Shown here in pieces: positions 9,137 to 17,666 of a stretch of DNA of 64,000 nt. Within the stretch, counting starts at the first letter, position 1, and every line of letters begins with the position of its first letter. The position numbers and the translations under genes are program-made. The stretch spans positions 1,248,001-1,312,000 of the forward strand of contig CAVXKA010000002.1 of assembly GCA_963762255.1 (NCBI GenBank). The letters are read 5' to 3'. Source of the stretch: Candidatus Eiseniibacteriota bacterium (lineage in GTDB: Bacteria; Eisenbacteria; RBG-16-71-46; JABDJR01). A model generated the notes under the pieces. The model made no database searches. It was not told where the DNA came from and saw only the letters and a program-made list of their open reading frames with translations.

Positions 9137-9709
9137 ATGAACCCCGACGACCTGCAAACTCTGGTCCAGTTCCTCAAGGCACTGGCCAACGAGAGCCGCC
9201 TCAAGCTGCTCGGATTGCTCGCCGGACAGGAGCGAAGCGTCAAGGAACTGGCGGAGCAGCTCAATCTCAAGGAGCCCACCGTCTCGCACCATCTGGCCCG
9301 GCTCCAGGAACTCGGGCTCGTCGGGATGCGACCCGAGGGCACCACCCACCGCTACCAACTTGAAGCGGGGACCCTCCACCGGCTGTCGCGCGAACTCTTC
9401 ACGCCCACGCACGTGGCATCCATCGCCGACGTCGTGGAGGGCGAGAACTGGGAGCGCAAGGTCCTGCGCACCTATTTCGACGGCGACACCCTCACGGGCA
9501 TTCCGTCCACGCGGAAGAAGCGCGACGTGGTACTGAAGTGGTTCGTCAATCGCTTCGAGCCGGGAGTTCGCTACCCCGAGGCCAAGGTGAACGAGATCAT
9601 CAAGCGCCACCACCCCGACACGGCCACTTTGCGCCGCGAGTTCATCATGACGAAGATGATGGAGCGCAAGAACGGCGTTTACTGGCGGACGGATGGGGCA
9701 CCCGCGTGA
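9137..9709 (+). CDS. ArsR/SmtB HTH regulator with C-terminal DUF2087 domain
   Basis: FLKALANESRLKLL...SVKELA...TVSHHLARL; C-terminus IPSTRKKR...YPEAKVNE...DTATLRREF. Confidence 0.85.
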   Translation: MNPDDLQTLVQFLKALANESRLKLLGLLAGQERSVKELAEQLNLKEPTVSHHLARLQELGLVGMRPEGTTHRYQLEAGTLHRLSRELFTPTHVASIADVVEGENWERKVLRTYFDGDTLTGIPSTRKKRDVVLKWFVNRFEPGVRYPEAKVNEIIKRHHPDTATLRREFIMTKMMERKNGVYWRTDGAPA

Positions 9710-9770
9710 GTACCCCCGCAGGGAGCGCGACGGTGGTTGACCCGATCGCCGGCGGTTACCGGGGGCGCGG

Positions 9771-11132
9771 TCAGCCCGCGGACTTCCGGAGATGCTCCCG
9801 CGTCTCCCGCGCCACCAGCCCGCTCAAGAGCAGCAGCCCGATGAGGTTGGGAAGGGCCATGAGACCGTTCATGACGTCGGAGAGCGTCCACACGAAATCG
9901 AGGCTCCGCACCGTGCCGACGAAGGCGGCAATCACGAAGAGCACCCGGTAGGGCATGATCGTCCAGGCCCCAAGAAGGTACTCGATACTCTTCTCCCCGT
10001 AGTAGCTCCAGCCGAGAATGGTGGAGTAGGCGAAGGTGGCCAGCCCAACCGCTACCAGCCAACCGCCCCAGTTTCCTGGGAGCCCCTCACGGAAGGCGAC
10101 CTGGGTGAGGGTGGCCCCGTCCAGCCCCTGGGTCCAGGCGCCGGTGGTCACGATCGTGAGCCCGGTGAAGGTGCAGACCACGATGGTGTCGATGAAGGTC
10201 TGGGTCATCGAGACCAATGCCTGGGTCGTGGGATTCCGCGTCTGGGCGGCGGCGGCGGCAATTCCCGCCGAGCCGAGGCCGGATTCGTTGGAGAAGATGC
10301 CCCGAGCGACCCCGAAGCGGATCCCCTGGGCCACGGTGGCGCCCAGGAACCCGCCCACTGCCGCGGTGGGTGAGAACGCGTCGTGGAAGATGACCGCGAA
10401 GGCGTGGGGAATTGCCGAGGCGTGAAGGATCAGCGCTACTCCCGAGCCGCCCATATAGAGCAGGATCATGACCGGAACGAAGATCCCGGTGAAGCGACCG
10501 ATGGACTTGATCCCGCCCAGGATCACCGCTCCGACCGCCACCGCAAGCGCCACGCCGGTGATCCACATCGGGATGCCGAAGGAGTGCTGCAAGGCGGAGG
10601 CCACCGAGTTCGACTGCACCATGTTCCCGATTCCGAACGCGGCGAAAGCGGCGAAGAGCGCGAAAAGGAACCCGAGAGGCCGGCCCAGCCAGCGCCAGCG
10701 GATGCCCTCGGTGAGGTAATACATCGGCCCGCCGGCTTGCTCGCCCCGGCGGTCCACCGTGCGGAAACGGACCGACAGGAACGCTTCGGAGTACTTGGTG
10801 GCCATCCCCACCAGCCCGGTCATCCACATCCAGAAGAGCGCGCCCGGCCCGCCCGCCGAGATGGCGGTGGCCACGCCAACGATGTTCCCGGTTCCCACCG
10901 TGGCAGCGAGTGCGGTCATGAGAGCCTGGAAGTGGGAGATGTCCCCCTCCGCCCCCTTCTCCTTCCGCACGATGAGTCCCAGGTAGAGGGCATGCCAGAG
11001 CTTGGTGAACTGGATCCCCCGAAGCCGAAGAGTCAGGAAGAGCCCGGTGAGGAGAAGGAGCGGAATGAGGAGCCAGGGTCCCCAGATGAAGCCGGAGGCG
11101 GCGGAGAGGTACTCGGTGAGTCGGGTGAACAC
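9771..11132 (-). CDS. Sodium:alanine/glycine symporter (AGCS family)
   Basis: [50 protein letters not shown]. Confidence 0.92.
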   Translation of the reverse strand: MFTRLTEYLSAASGFIWGPWLLIPLLLLTGLFLTLRLRGIQFTKLWHALYLGLIVRKEKGAEGDISHFQALMTALAATVGTGNIVGVATAISAGGPGALFWMWMTGLVGMATKYSEAFLSVRFRTVDRRGEQAGGPMYYLTEGIRWRWLGRPLGFLFALFAAFAAFGIGNMVQSNSVASALQHSFGIPMWITGVALAVAVGAVILGGIKSIGRFTGIFVPVMILLYMGGSGVALILHASAIPHAFAVIFHDAFSPTAAVGGFLGATVAQGIRFGVARGIFSNESGLGSAGIAAAAAQTRNPTTQALVSMTQTFIDTIVVCTFTGLTIVTTGAWTQGLDGATLTQVAFREGLPGNWGGWLVAVGLATFAYSTILGWSYYGEKSIEYLLGAWTIMPYRVLFVIAAFVGTVRSLDFVWTLSDVMNGLMALPNLIGLLLLSGLVARETREHLRKSAG

Positions 11133-11279
11133 GAGGCGCCTCCTTCCCGTGACGGTCGGCCCGCGCGCCCTCGGTGTGGGCGGACGGATGCACGCGGGGC
11201 ATCCTAAAGGACGCGGGGGGCGCGGCCAAGGGGGAGCAGTGCGCCGTCCGGCGAGTCTACCTGGGCGAGTTCATCCGAC

Positions 11280-11345
11280 GAACCCCGAAGGCTCTCGCTC
11301 TCGGGGTTCTCTGCTAACTGGAAGGACGCGGATAGTCCGCGTTCT
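11280..11345 (-). terminator. Two hairpins just outside the islet boundary (possible terminator)
   Basis: GAACCCCGA...TCGGGGTTC (11280-11309) and GGACGCGGA-TAG-TCCGCGTTC (~11324-11344). No strong U-tract. Confidence 0.35.
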
Positions 11346-11416
11346 TTGTGACGGCTCCTCGGGCTGATACCTCAGAGTCCGCAGGCCCTGGACATCGCGG
11401 CCCCAAGAGCGATCCA

Positions 11417-11506
11417 CTACCGGCGGCGCCTGCTCCAATAGAAGCCGCCTCCGCCGAACAGCAGGAAGGCCAACAGGATCACTATGATCAACGTTCCAGA
11501 GCTCAT
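11417..11506 (-). CDS. 29-aa small membrane peptide MSSGTLIIVILLAFLLFGGGGFYWSRRRR
   Basis: GAGGAG SD 4 nt before the ATG; TM helix, Gly run and Arg tail; directly downstream of csbD; below the ORF-track cutoff. Confidence 0.7.
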   Translation of the reverse strand: MSSGTLIIVILLAFLLFGGGGFYWSRRRR

Positions 11507-11571
11507 GTTTCTCCTCGCCAACGGCTGGGCACCCAAATGGTGTCGGCTTCAGCCGAATGATTTGCGACCAG

Positions 11572-11757
11572 CTACCTATCGATCTGTTTGATGGACTTCT
11601 TCACGTCCTTCACCTGACCTTTCACATCATTCACCGCCCCTTCCACCCGGCCCTTGGCCTCGTCCCTCTTGCCCTCCCGCTTGAGCTTGTCATTTCCGGT
11701 CAAGCCACCTACCACCTGCTTGATTGTGCCTTTGCTCTTGTTCATATGCTCACCCAT
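11572..11757 (-). CDS. csbD: CsbD-family general stress protein
   Basis: KGTIKQVVGGLTGNDKLKREGKRDEAKG pattern; GAGGAG SD. Confidence 0.85.
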   Translation of the reverse strand: MGEHMNKSKGTIKQVVGGLTGNDKLKREGKRDEAKGRVEGAVNDVKGQVKDVKKSIKQIDR

Positions 11758-11874
11758 GGCACTTCTCCTCTGTTCGTGTGGAATGTGCTCTCGTTCCTCC
11801 GCTCCGAGCAGTCTTCATACGGGACGGCAGGATCTATCCGCAAAGTCCGGTCATCCGAACACATCATTTGATCT

Positions 11875-11995
11875 ACGCAATCTGTGTGCCGACGGCGTGT
11901 TCACTCGCAAGTGCTTGCAGGTACGTTCACTTGGCAAATCGAGTCCGAACCGGGAACGTCCGAAGGCAATCACAATGATGCCGGAGACCATCAGA
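11875..11995 (-). promoter_or_regulatory. Putative sigma54 promoter module A (upstream of csbD)
   Basis: Minus strand CGGCACACAGATTGC (GG-N10-GC, 11877-11890), IHF-like TCGCAAGTGCTTG (11905-11917), paired upstream boxes at 11958-11995; gaplessly homologous to 13293-13413. Confidence 0.6.
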
Positions 11996-12048
11996 GTGGT
12001 GTTCCTCGCCCGGCTCGGGGGGTCTATGGAACGGCGGCCACCGCCGAC

Positions 12049-12192
12049 GGGCTCCCGCCGTTCCGGAAGAAGGAGCTGATCCGGCTCGTGCTCACCCGCG
12101 CAGAGGTATCGGCGGAGAGCCTCGAGCTCTCGTTCCGAGGGCGGCACCCAGACCCCGAGATCCTGGCGGGCAAAAGAATAGAGCGCGACGGT
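12049..12192 (+). pseudogene. Recombinase-like C-terminal fragment, copy 1 of a 144-bp direct repeat
   Basis: Encodes GLPPFRKKELIRLVLTRAEVSAESLELSFRG...; 135/144 nt identical to 15255-15398. Confidence 0.55.
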
Positions 12193-12273
12193 GGTCGATT
12201 GCATCTGCACGAGCCCGATCTGGCAGCGGTAGAGCACCCGGCCGACCCAAACCCCAGTAGATCTAGACCCAAG

Positions 12274-12340
12274 AGAAACGAGGCGCTCGACCTCGATGTT
12301 TGCTGTCTGGTCGCCATCTACGTCCTGGGACCGGCGCTTG
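12274..12340 (+). pseudogene. Possible phage terminase large subunit (GpA) C-terminal remnant
   Basis: RNEALDLDVCCLVAIYVLGP resembles the GpA motif RNEALDxxVYxxAA. Confidence 0.35.
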
Positions 12341-12458
12341 CAACGCCGCCGGAGAGTCGGCGCTATCCGTTGGGTGGGGCGTATGAAGGCCATGAGCGTG
12401 ACCACGCCATCGGCCGTGGTCACGCCCCGGTTCGATTTCTTGAAGCTGTCCTGCGCAG

Positions 12459-13193
12459 TTATCCCTTACCCTGACCGTGCTTTGCGTTCTTCTTCTGCTG
12501 ACCCCTATCTTGCGGTGCGGGATTGTTCTGTCGATCCCTGTTTTGCGGAGCGGGCTGGTTCTGCCGATTCTTGTACTGCCGACCCTGGTCTGGCGGTGCC
12601 GCATAATGCTGCCGCGTTACGGCCTCACGCGGCTGGTGGCGGTAGTTCCGGGATCGAATCGAATCCTGTTGTCTGGTCGCGCCAGGATAGCGGCTCCCAG
12701 AATAATTCCGCTGGTAAGCCGGCGGCGGTGCGGGAGATGGGATGTACTTGGGGTTCCGCTGATCCCATCCACCTCGACGCGCATCCCAGTCGCGGCCCCA
12801 GTGCTCATTCCAACGTGGCGACGCGTCGGAGCGCCAGGCGCGGAAATAGACCGGTGGCTGACGGTAGTAGCGCACCGGAACGCGTAGTACGAACATTGGC
12901 ACATCGTAAGGGTCTACCAAGTCCCAGGGCCCGTTGTACCAACTGCTCGCATACCAGTTGTCGTCCGCGTAGACCCAGTACAGCCCGTCGTAGAAGAAGT
13001 AGTTCGAATCCTCCTGCGGGGCGTAGTAGACGGGAGAATCCGGCACCAGCACCAGCCTCGGATACCTCGGCACATTGATCCCGATGTTGATACCGGGAAG
13101 TCCGACCTGGACGCTGACCTGAGCGTCAGCTGCGGATACCGCACAAAGCAGCGTTGCCAACGCAATAAGCAAGTAAGACATTCGGTTGCGCAT
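12459..13193 (-). CDS. Exported hypothetical protein (Tyr/Trp/Pro-rich, Gln/Arg-rich tail)
   Basis: Signal peptide ending AADA-Q; VSVQVGLPGINIGINVP..P.LV.VP..PVYYAP; AGGAGG SD. Confidence 0.8.
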   Translation of the reverse strand: MRNRMSYLLIALATLLCAVSAADAQVSVQVGLPGINIGINVPRYPRLVLVPDSPVYYAPQEDSNYFFYDGLYWVYADDNWYASSWYNGPWDLVDPYDVPMFVLRVPVRYYRQPPVYFRAWRSDASPRWNEHWGRDWDARRGGWDQRNPKYIPSPAPPPAYQRNYSGSRYPGATRQQDSIRSRNYRHQPREAVTRQHYAAPPDQGRQYKNRQNQPAPQNRDRQNNPAPQDRGQQKKNAKHGQGKG

Positions 13194-13292
13194 CTTCCTG
13201 TCCTCCTGAATCGATCGTGACAGGGTCGGGGCCTACCGCTTCAGTACTCGATCTCTTGCGCAGCTGGCCCTTCCAGACCCATTGCCTTCTTC

Positions 13293-13413
13293 ACGCAATA
13301 TGCATGCCGGTGGCACGTCTTCGCGTAAGTGCATGCCAGCAAGATCGATTGGCGCAGGCAGTTCGAAAGAGTGATGTCCGAATGCCATCAGAATGATGAC
13401 GGAAACGATCAGA
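13293..13413 (-). promoter_or_regulatory. Putative sigma54 promoter module B (upstream of the 13193 gene)
   Basis: Minus strand CGGCATGCATATTGC (GG-N10-GC, 13295-13308), GCGTAAGTGCATG (13323-13335), paired boxes at 13376-13413; same spacing as module A. Confidence 0.6.
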
Positions 13414-13557
13414 ATAGGCCTAAGCACCCTCTCAAAGAGACGACGCGAGACTCGAAGATCGCGGTCTCTCATGCCGTAGGGAAAGGCGGGAGGGGCGCGA
13501 CCGTCGTCGACCACGTTTACGCGTCCCGCCGATGCGGGCGTGACTGCAGTGCCCCGC

Positions 13558-15117
13558 TCACCTCCAGGGCAAGGGCTCGTTCCCCAGCGCGACCGTGACC
13601 TCATAGGCCAGCCGGGAGATCTTCTCCGCCTTGTCGTAGTCCAGCTTCTCGGGATCATCGGTGGGCTTGTTCACATCCGAGTGATGGCCCGAATAGAAAG
13701 AAACCCCGGGGACGCCCTTGAAGTGGAAGGCCAGGTTGTCGCTGTTGCCTGACTCGTTCTCGTACTTCAAGGGCGAGCGAACGGTGCGTTCGTTGACCTC
13801 CCTGACCAAGCGGGAGAGTTCCGGCGTAATCCTGTCCGAGTCCAGCGCGTAGTGCGCGCGATCTGCCTGGGAAGCCTCGTCGGTGCGCCCGATCATGTCC
13901 ATGTCCACGTCCGCCACGATCTTCTCCAAGGGGACCGGGCAGCGCGAGACGAAGTGCCGCGACCCCGCGATGGCCGCCTCCTCGCCGGTGAAGAGCGCGA
14001 AGATGACCGATCGCCGCAGCGGGTGGGCGGCCACGGCGCGGGCCACTTCCATCACCCCGGCGCAGCCGCTGGCGTCGTCGTCGGCGCCGTTGTAGACCTC
14101 TCCCGGTTTCCGGGGGGTCGTGCTGTCGAGATGGGCACTCACCACGACGTATTCGTCGCGCGCGACCGGATCGGTCCCTCGCACCAGGCCAAGCACGTTC
14201 CAAGCCGACACCGACACGTCAGTGATGGCGACCTGCAGGCTCAGCGTAACTCCGGTTAGTTCGAAGCCCTTTGTGGTCTCATCCCCGACCAACTCCATGC
14301 CGGGTGGTACGCCAAGCTGTCCGGCGAACAGCGCTCTGACGAACGCAGGTTTGGTGACGAAGAGGCCAGCTATGCGGAGCGCCGCGGGAGACGGGTCGGC
14401 GTACTCGTCGGTGGGAGCGCCGGTTTTCGAGCGGAGATCTTCCCAGGCTGCGGTCACATCAGGGTCAGGGAGGACGAGGATGCCCGCCGCGCCCCTGCCC
14501 ACCAGCGCCGTCATCTTGCGGAATACCGCCGAGGGGGATGCGTAGCGCGCCTGGACCTCGACGGGCGGGGCGGCCTGCCCATCGCCTTGCGGAGCGCCCA
14601 TGAGCAGGGCGACAACCTTGCCCCGAACGTCAAGGTTCTGGAGATCGTCCCAGCCCAGTCGGGGCTCGGAGATCCCGTAGCCGATGTAGACCACCGGTAC
14701 CGCCCGGCGCTCCAGCGCCCCCAGATCGCCCTGGAACCACTTCACGTCCTGCCCTTCGGGGAAGACCTGCTCGCCGACGGGCGACTTCACGGTGATCGAG
14801 AGCGGTCCGCTCAGCGTCCGACGGGCCATCGGGACGTCCTGAAAGTACGGCCCCCGGCTCCCGAGGCTGTCCAGAGGGACGACGCCGGCCGCGCGGAACT
14901 GGCTGGCGGCGTACTGGGCCGCCACCTCGAACCCCCGCGAGTCCACCGCCCGGCCCCCCAGATCATCGGAAGCCAGGAAGTACACGTGCCCGCGCAGTGC
15001 GGCGGCGGTGATCATTTCCGCCGGGGCGACGACAGCTTCCGCCGTGCCCGTGACAGTGGCGAGGGCGGGGAAGAGGACTCCAAGAAGTGCAGCCAGGAAA
15101 CGCAGACCACAGCGCAC
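13558..15117 (-). CDS. M28-family metallopeptidase with PA domain, secreted
   Basis: Signal peptide; LASDDLGGR, VYIGYG, DVRGKVV, SAHLD, NGADDDASG, FTGEEA, DMIGR. Confidence 0.88.
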   Translation of the reverse strand: MRCGLRFLAALLGVLFPALATVTGTAEAVVAPAEMITAAALRGHVYFLASDDLGGRAVDSRGFEVAAQYAASQFRAAGVVPLDSLGSRGPYFQDVPMARRTLSGPLSITVKSPVGEQVFPEGQDVKWFQGDLGALERRAVPVVYIGYGISEPRLGWDDLQNLDVRGKVVALLMGAPQGDGQAAPPVEVQARYASPSAVFRKMTALVGRGAAGILVLPDPDVTAAWEDLRSKTGAPTDEYADPSPAALRIAGLFVTKPAFVRALFAGQLGVPPGMELVGDETTKGFELTGVTLSLQVAITDVSVSAWNVLGLVRGTDPVARDEYVVVSAHLDSTTPRKPGEVYNGADDDASGCAGVMEVARAVAAHPLRRSVIFALFTGEEAAIAGSRHFVSRCPVPLEKIVADVDMDMIGRTDEASQADRAHYALDSDRITPELSRLVREVNERTVRSPLKYENESGNSDNLAFHFKGVPGVSFYSGHHSDVNKPTDDPEKLDYDKAEKISRLAYEVTVALGNEPLPWR

Positions 15118-15254
15118 GCAACAACCTCCTCGAGCCGGAACCGGGGGCCGGCGGTCGACCGGGCTGAGGGCGGGGCGGAATCGGACTCGCCTCGGGAGAT
15201 ACGGAGGGCGGTGGCGGGGGGTTGCAGCAGAGTGCTGTCGCCGATGTGTTCGCG

Positions 15255-15437
15255 GGGCTCCCGCCGTTCCGGAAGAAGGAGTTGATCCGGCTCGTGCTTA
15301 CTCGCGCCGAGGTGTCGGCGGACAGCCTGAAGCTCTCGTTCCGAGGGCGGCCCCCAGACCCCGAGATCCTGGCGGGCAAAAGAATAGAGCGCGACGGTTC
15401 ATCGCGCTCTGAGGCCCCAGAGTGGCTCCTCGGGTAG
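15255..15437 (+). pseudogene. Recombinase-like C-terminal fragment, copy 2; its stop lies inside the antisense tRNA
   Basis: Reads ...RIERDGSSRSEAPEWLLG*; the last codons TGG CTC CTC GGG TAG are the reverse complement of the tRNA-Asn 3' end. Confidence 0.55.
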
Positions 15438-15497
15438 GACTTGAACCTACAACCCTGCGGTTAACAGCCGCATGCTCTACCATTGAGCTACCGAGGA
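15423..15497 (-). tRNA. tRNA-Asn(GTT)
   Basis: TCCTCGG acceptor, GTT anticodon, GGTTCAAGTCC T-arm, encoded CCA; 75 nt. Confidence 0.97.
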
Positions 15498-15552
15498 TCA
15501 TTGAGTTGCTGGCGGCCTCGGGACGCGCCCGCAGCCACCAAAGCGGCACAAG

Positions 15553-15581
15553 AATTTACTGCATCGCCGGGGCGCGGTCAA
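15553..15581 (-). promoter_or_regulatory. sigma70 promoter of tRNA-Asn
   Basis: TTGACC-N17-TAAATT on the minus strand. Confidence 0.55.
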
Positions 15582-15618
15582 GCCCGCCGCGTCCGCGCCC
15601 AGCCCCCGACCCAACCCC

Positions 15619-16866
15619 CTACCGCGCCTGGCTCAACCTCGCCAGGCTCCGTCCCCCGCCAGGCAGCGAGTTGTAGGAGTAGATCGAAAGCCCGTCCAGC
15701 CCCGCCGCGCGGCAATCGCGGATCTTGGACTCCGCCGCCGAGAGCGACTGGTTGTACACCGCGATCCCCGGCCAGATGCGATCCGGGGGCACCAGCCGGG
15801 CCAGCTCTTCGGCCTGGCGGCGCACCGTCGACCGCGAGGTCGAGTACATCATCGGCGCGACCACGTCGACCAGCCCATCGTTCACCCAACGCACCCAATC
15901 CTGTCCGACCTCGTTTCGCGCGGACTCCGCGTCCGGCTTCACCGCCGCCGACAGCATCATGTCGGGCTTCATCGACTGCGTGAGGCCGCGCACCGCACCC
16001 ACCAGCGCCGTCACCTGTGCCGCCTTGAAGTCCCGCCACTCGCCTAGAAGCTCCGCGTACCCACCGCGGCCGCGCTCGCGCTTCAATCCCGACGCATTCG
16101 CCCCGAGCTCCATCGGATCGACGCCGGTGCGTCGCTGGAAGCCCGCCCGCATGGCCTCGTTATAGCCAACGTCCATGACCGGATAGCGCGCGTAATCGAG
16201 GTGGATGCCGTCCACCGGATAGCGCTCGACCAATTCCCGCACAACGTCCAGAAAATGCTGCACGACGTCTCGGCGCCCCGGATCCAGATACACGCCCTCC
16301 GTCCATGCGGACTCGAACGCTCGCTTGCTCATCATCGCCATGGAGGTGCCGTTGCGGTCGCACGCCAGCCATTCCGGATGCTCGAGCACCACGTGCCCCT
16401 CCGGCGGTTCCTTGCCGCTCCACACGAGGTACACGTTGAGCCATGCGTGCACGCGGATGTCGTGCTCGCGCGCGAGTTCGAGCACCATGCCCAGCGGATC
16501 GTAGTGACCGAAGCGGCGCCATGAGTCGAGGAGCGGCGGGCCGGGAGGAACGATGTCCGACTCGTAGTACGCGTCGCCGCGCCCACGCACCTGCACGAAG
16601 AGATCGGTGATGCCCGCCTGTGCCGCGTCGTCCACCATGCGGCGGATCTCCTTCGGCGAGAGGAGCGCGTCGCGCACGACCCAGGTCGCGCGCGGCGAGG
16701 CCGGCGGCGCGCCCGTTGGAAAAGCTTGCTCCGCGGCAAGAGCGGTGCCGGGAGCGACCACGGCGACGGCGAGCAGAAGCGCGACCAGCAGGAAGACGGC
16801 CGGGACCGCGCTCACCCGGACGACCCGGGGCGCCAATGCAATGACCGGAAAGGACTTGGGCATCAT
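15619..16866 (-). CDS. Glycoside hydrolase-like family 10 (UPF0748/YddW-DigH-like), exported; start uncertain
   Basis: RATWV, LFVQVRGRGDAYY, YDPL, VHAWLN, LDPG, YPVDGIHLDYARYP, QDW..W, PMMY. Confidence 0.85.
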   Translation of the reverse strand: MMPKSFPVIALAPRVVRVSAVPAVFLLVALLLAVAVVAPGTALAAEQAFPTGAPPASPRATWVVRDALLSPKEIRRMVDDAAQAGITDLFVQVRGRGDAYYESDIVPPGPPLLDSWRRFGHYDPLGMVLELAREHDIRVHAWLNVYLVWSGKEPPEGHVVLEHPEWLACDRNGTSMAMMSKRAFESAWTEGVYLDPGRRDVVQHFLDVVRELVERYPVDGIHLDYARYPVMDVGYNEAMRAGFQRRTGVDPMELGANASGLKRERGRGGYAELLGEWRDFKAAQVTALVGAVRGLTQSMKPDMMLSAAVKPDAESARNEVGQDWVRWVNDGLVDVVAPMMYSTSRSTVRRQAEELARLVPPDRIWPGIAVYNQSLSAAESKIRDCRAAGLDGLSIYSYNSLPGGGRSLARLSQAR

Positions 16867-16949
16867 CCTCCCGTTATCGGCAGACAGGGTGGGGTGGCTG
16901 AGCGCTCCGGCCAGTCTACCGGGGTGAAGCCCCCACGGCACCTGGAAAC

Positions 16950-16978
16950 GAAAAGCGCGCCCCGGTCTGGGGCGCGCT
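16950..16978 (-). terminator. Intrinsic terminator after rplQ (end of the superoperon)
   Basis: 10-bp perfect stem AGCGCGCCCC/GGGGCGCGCT followed by TTT on the minus strand. Confidence 0.75.
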
Positions 16979-17016
16979 CTCGAGAACGCTTCGCGCGTGG
17001 CGGTCGAGAGATGGGA

Positions 17017-17598
17017 CTACTCCCCTCCCTCGGGCTTCTTCGTCACGCGGGGCTTGGCCATCTTGCCGGGGCCGGTCGGCTTGTTCGCCTTCCCACCCCG
17101 ATGCGGCCTCGCCGGCTTGTCGGCCCGCTCGGCCTTGGCCTTGGCCGTCCTCTCGCCCTTGGCCTTCGCCTTGGCTTCTTTTTCCTCGGCTGCCTGGGCT
17201 GCGGCCGCCTCGCGGATCTTCTTCTCCTCGGCGAGCTGCTCGTCCGACTTCACCAGCTCGAGGAAGGCCATTTCGCCGCCATCGCCGAGACGGTGCCGAG
17301 TCTTGATGACCCGGGTGTAGCCGCCGGGGCGCTCGGCGTACCAGGGCGCAATCGTCGCGAAGAGCTTCTGGGTCACTTCGGGACTCATCACGAACCGGTC
17401 GACATGCCGGCGGGCATGCAGATCGCCCCGCTTGGCGAAGGTGATCAGCCGCTCGGCAAGCCGGCGCGCTTCCTTGGCCTTCGCCTGGGTGGTCTCGATC
17501 CGCTCGTGACGGAAGAGTTCGGTCACCAGATTGCGCATGAGCGCTTTCCGGTGCTCCGCCGTGCGGCTTAGTTCACGTCCTTTTCTCGCGTGCTTCAT
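17017..17598 (-). CDS. rplQ: 50S ribosomal protein L17 with Lys/Ala-rich extension
   Basis: MKHARKGRELSRTAEHRKAL...RPGGYTR. Confidence 0.97.
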   Translation of the reverse strand: MKHARKGRELSRTAEHRKALMRNLVTELFRHERIETTQAKAKEARRLAERLITFAKRGDLHARRHVDRFVMSPEVTQKLFATIAPWYAERPGGYTRVIKTRHRLGDGGEMAFLELVKSDEQLAEEKKIREAAAAQAAEEKEAKAKAKGERTAKAKAERADKPARPHRGGKANKPTGPGKMAKPRVTKKPEGGE

Positions 17599-17666
17599 CG
17601 CTCGTTCCTCTAAGGCGCGATCGGCGCCTCATGATCCCGCGGCCCGGCCGCCGGAAACGTCTCTGT

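Larger units (their letters stand above)
11353..15434. mobile_element. Decayed genomic islet integrated at the tRNA-Asn 3' end
   Basis: 11-bp GGCTCCTCGGG at 11353-11363 equals the tRNA 3' end at 15424-15434. Contains two recombinase-like stubs, a terminase-like fragment and small accessory genes. Confidence 0.6.

Noticed and set aside
11133-11350. Glycine riboswitch upstream of the AGCS symporter
   Set aside because: No GGAGA...CCGAAG...CUCUCAGG core visible on the minus strand.
12220-12260. GGTAGAGCACCCGG resembling a tRNA D-arm fragment
   Set aside because: Too short, with no acceptor or T-arm; likely chance.
13233-13658. Minus-strand ORFs 13233-13658 and 11851-12423 as paralogous membrane proteins
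   Set aside because: Similarity is better explained by the shared promoter module; no common start or SD, and they cover the upstream regions of real genes. Kept as the alternative hypothesis in that finding.
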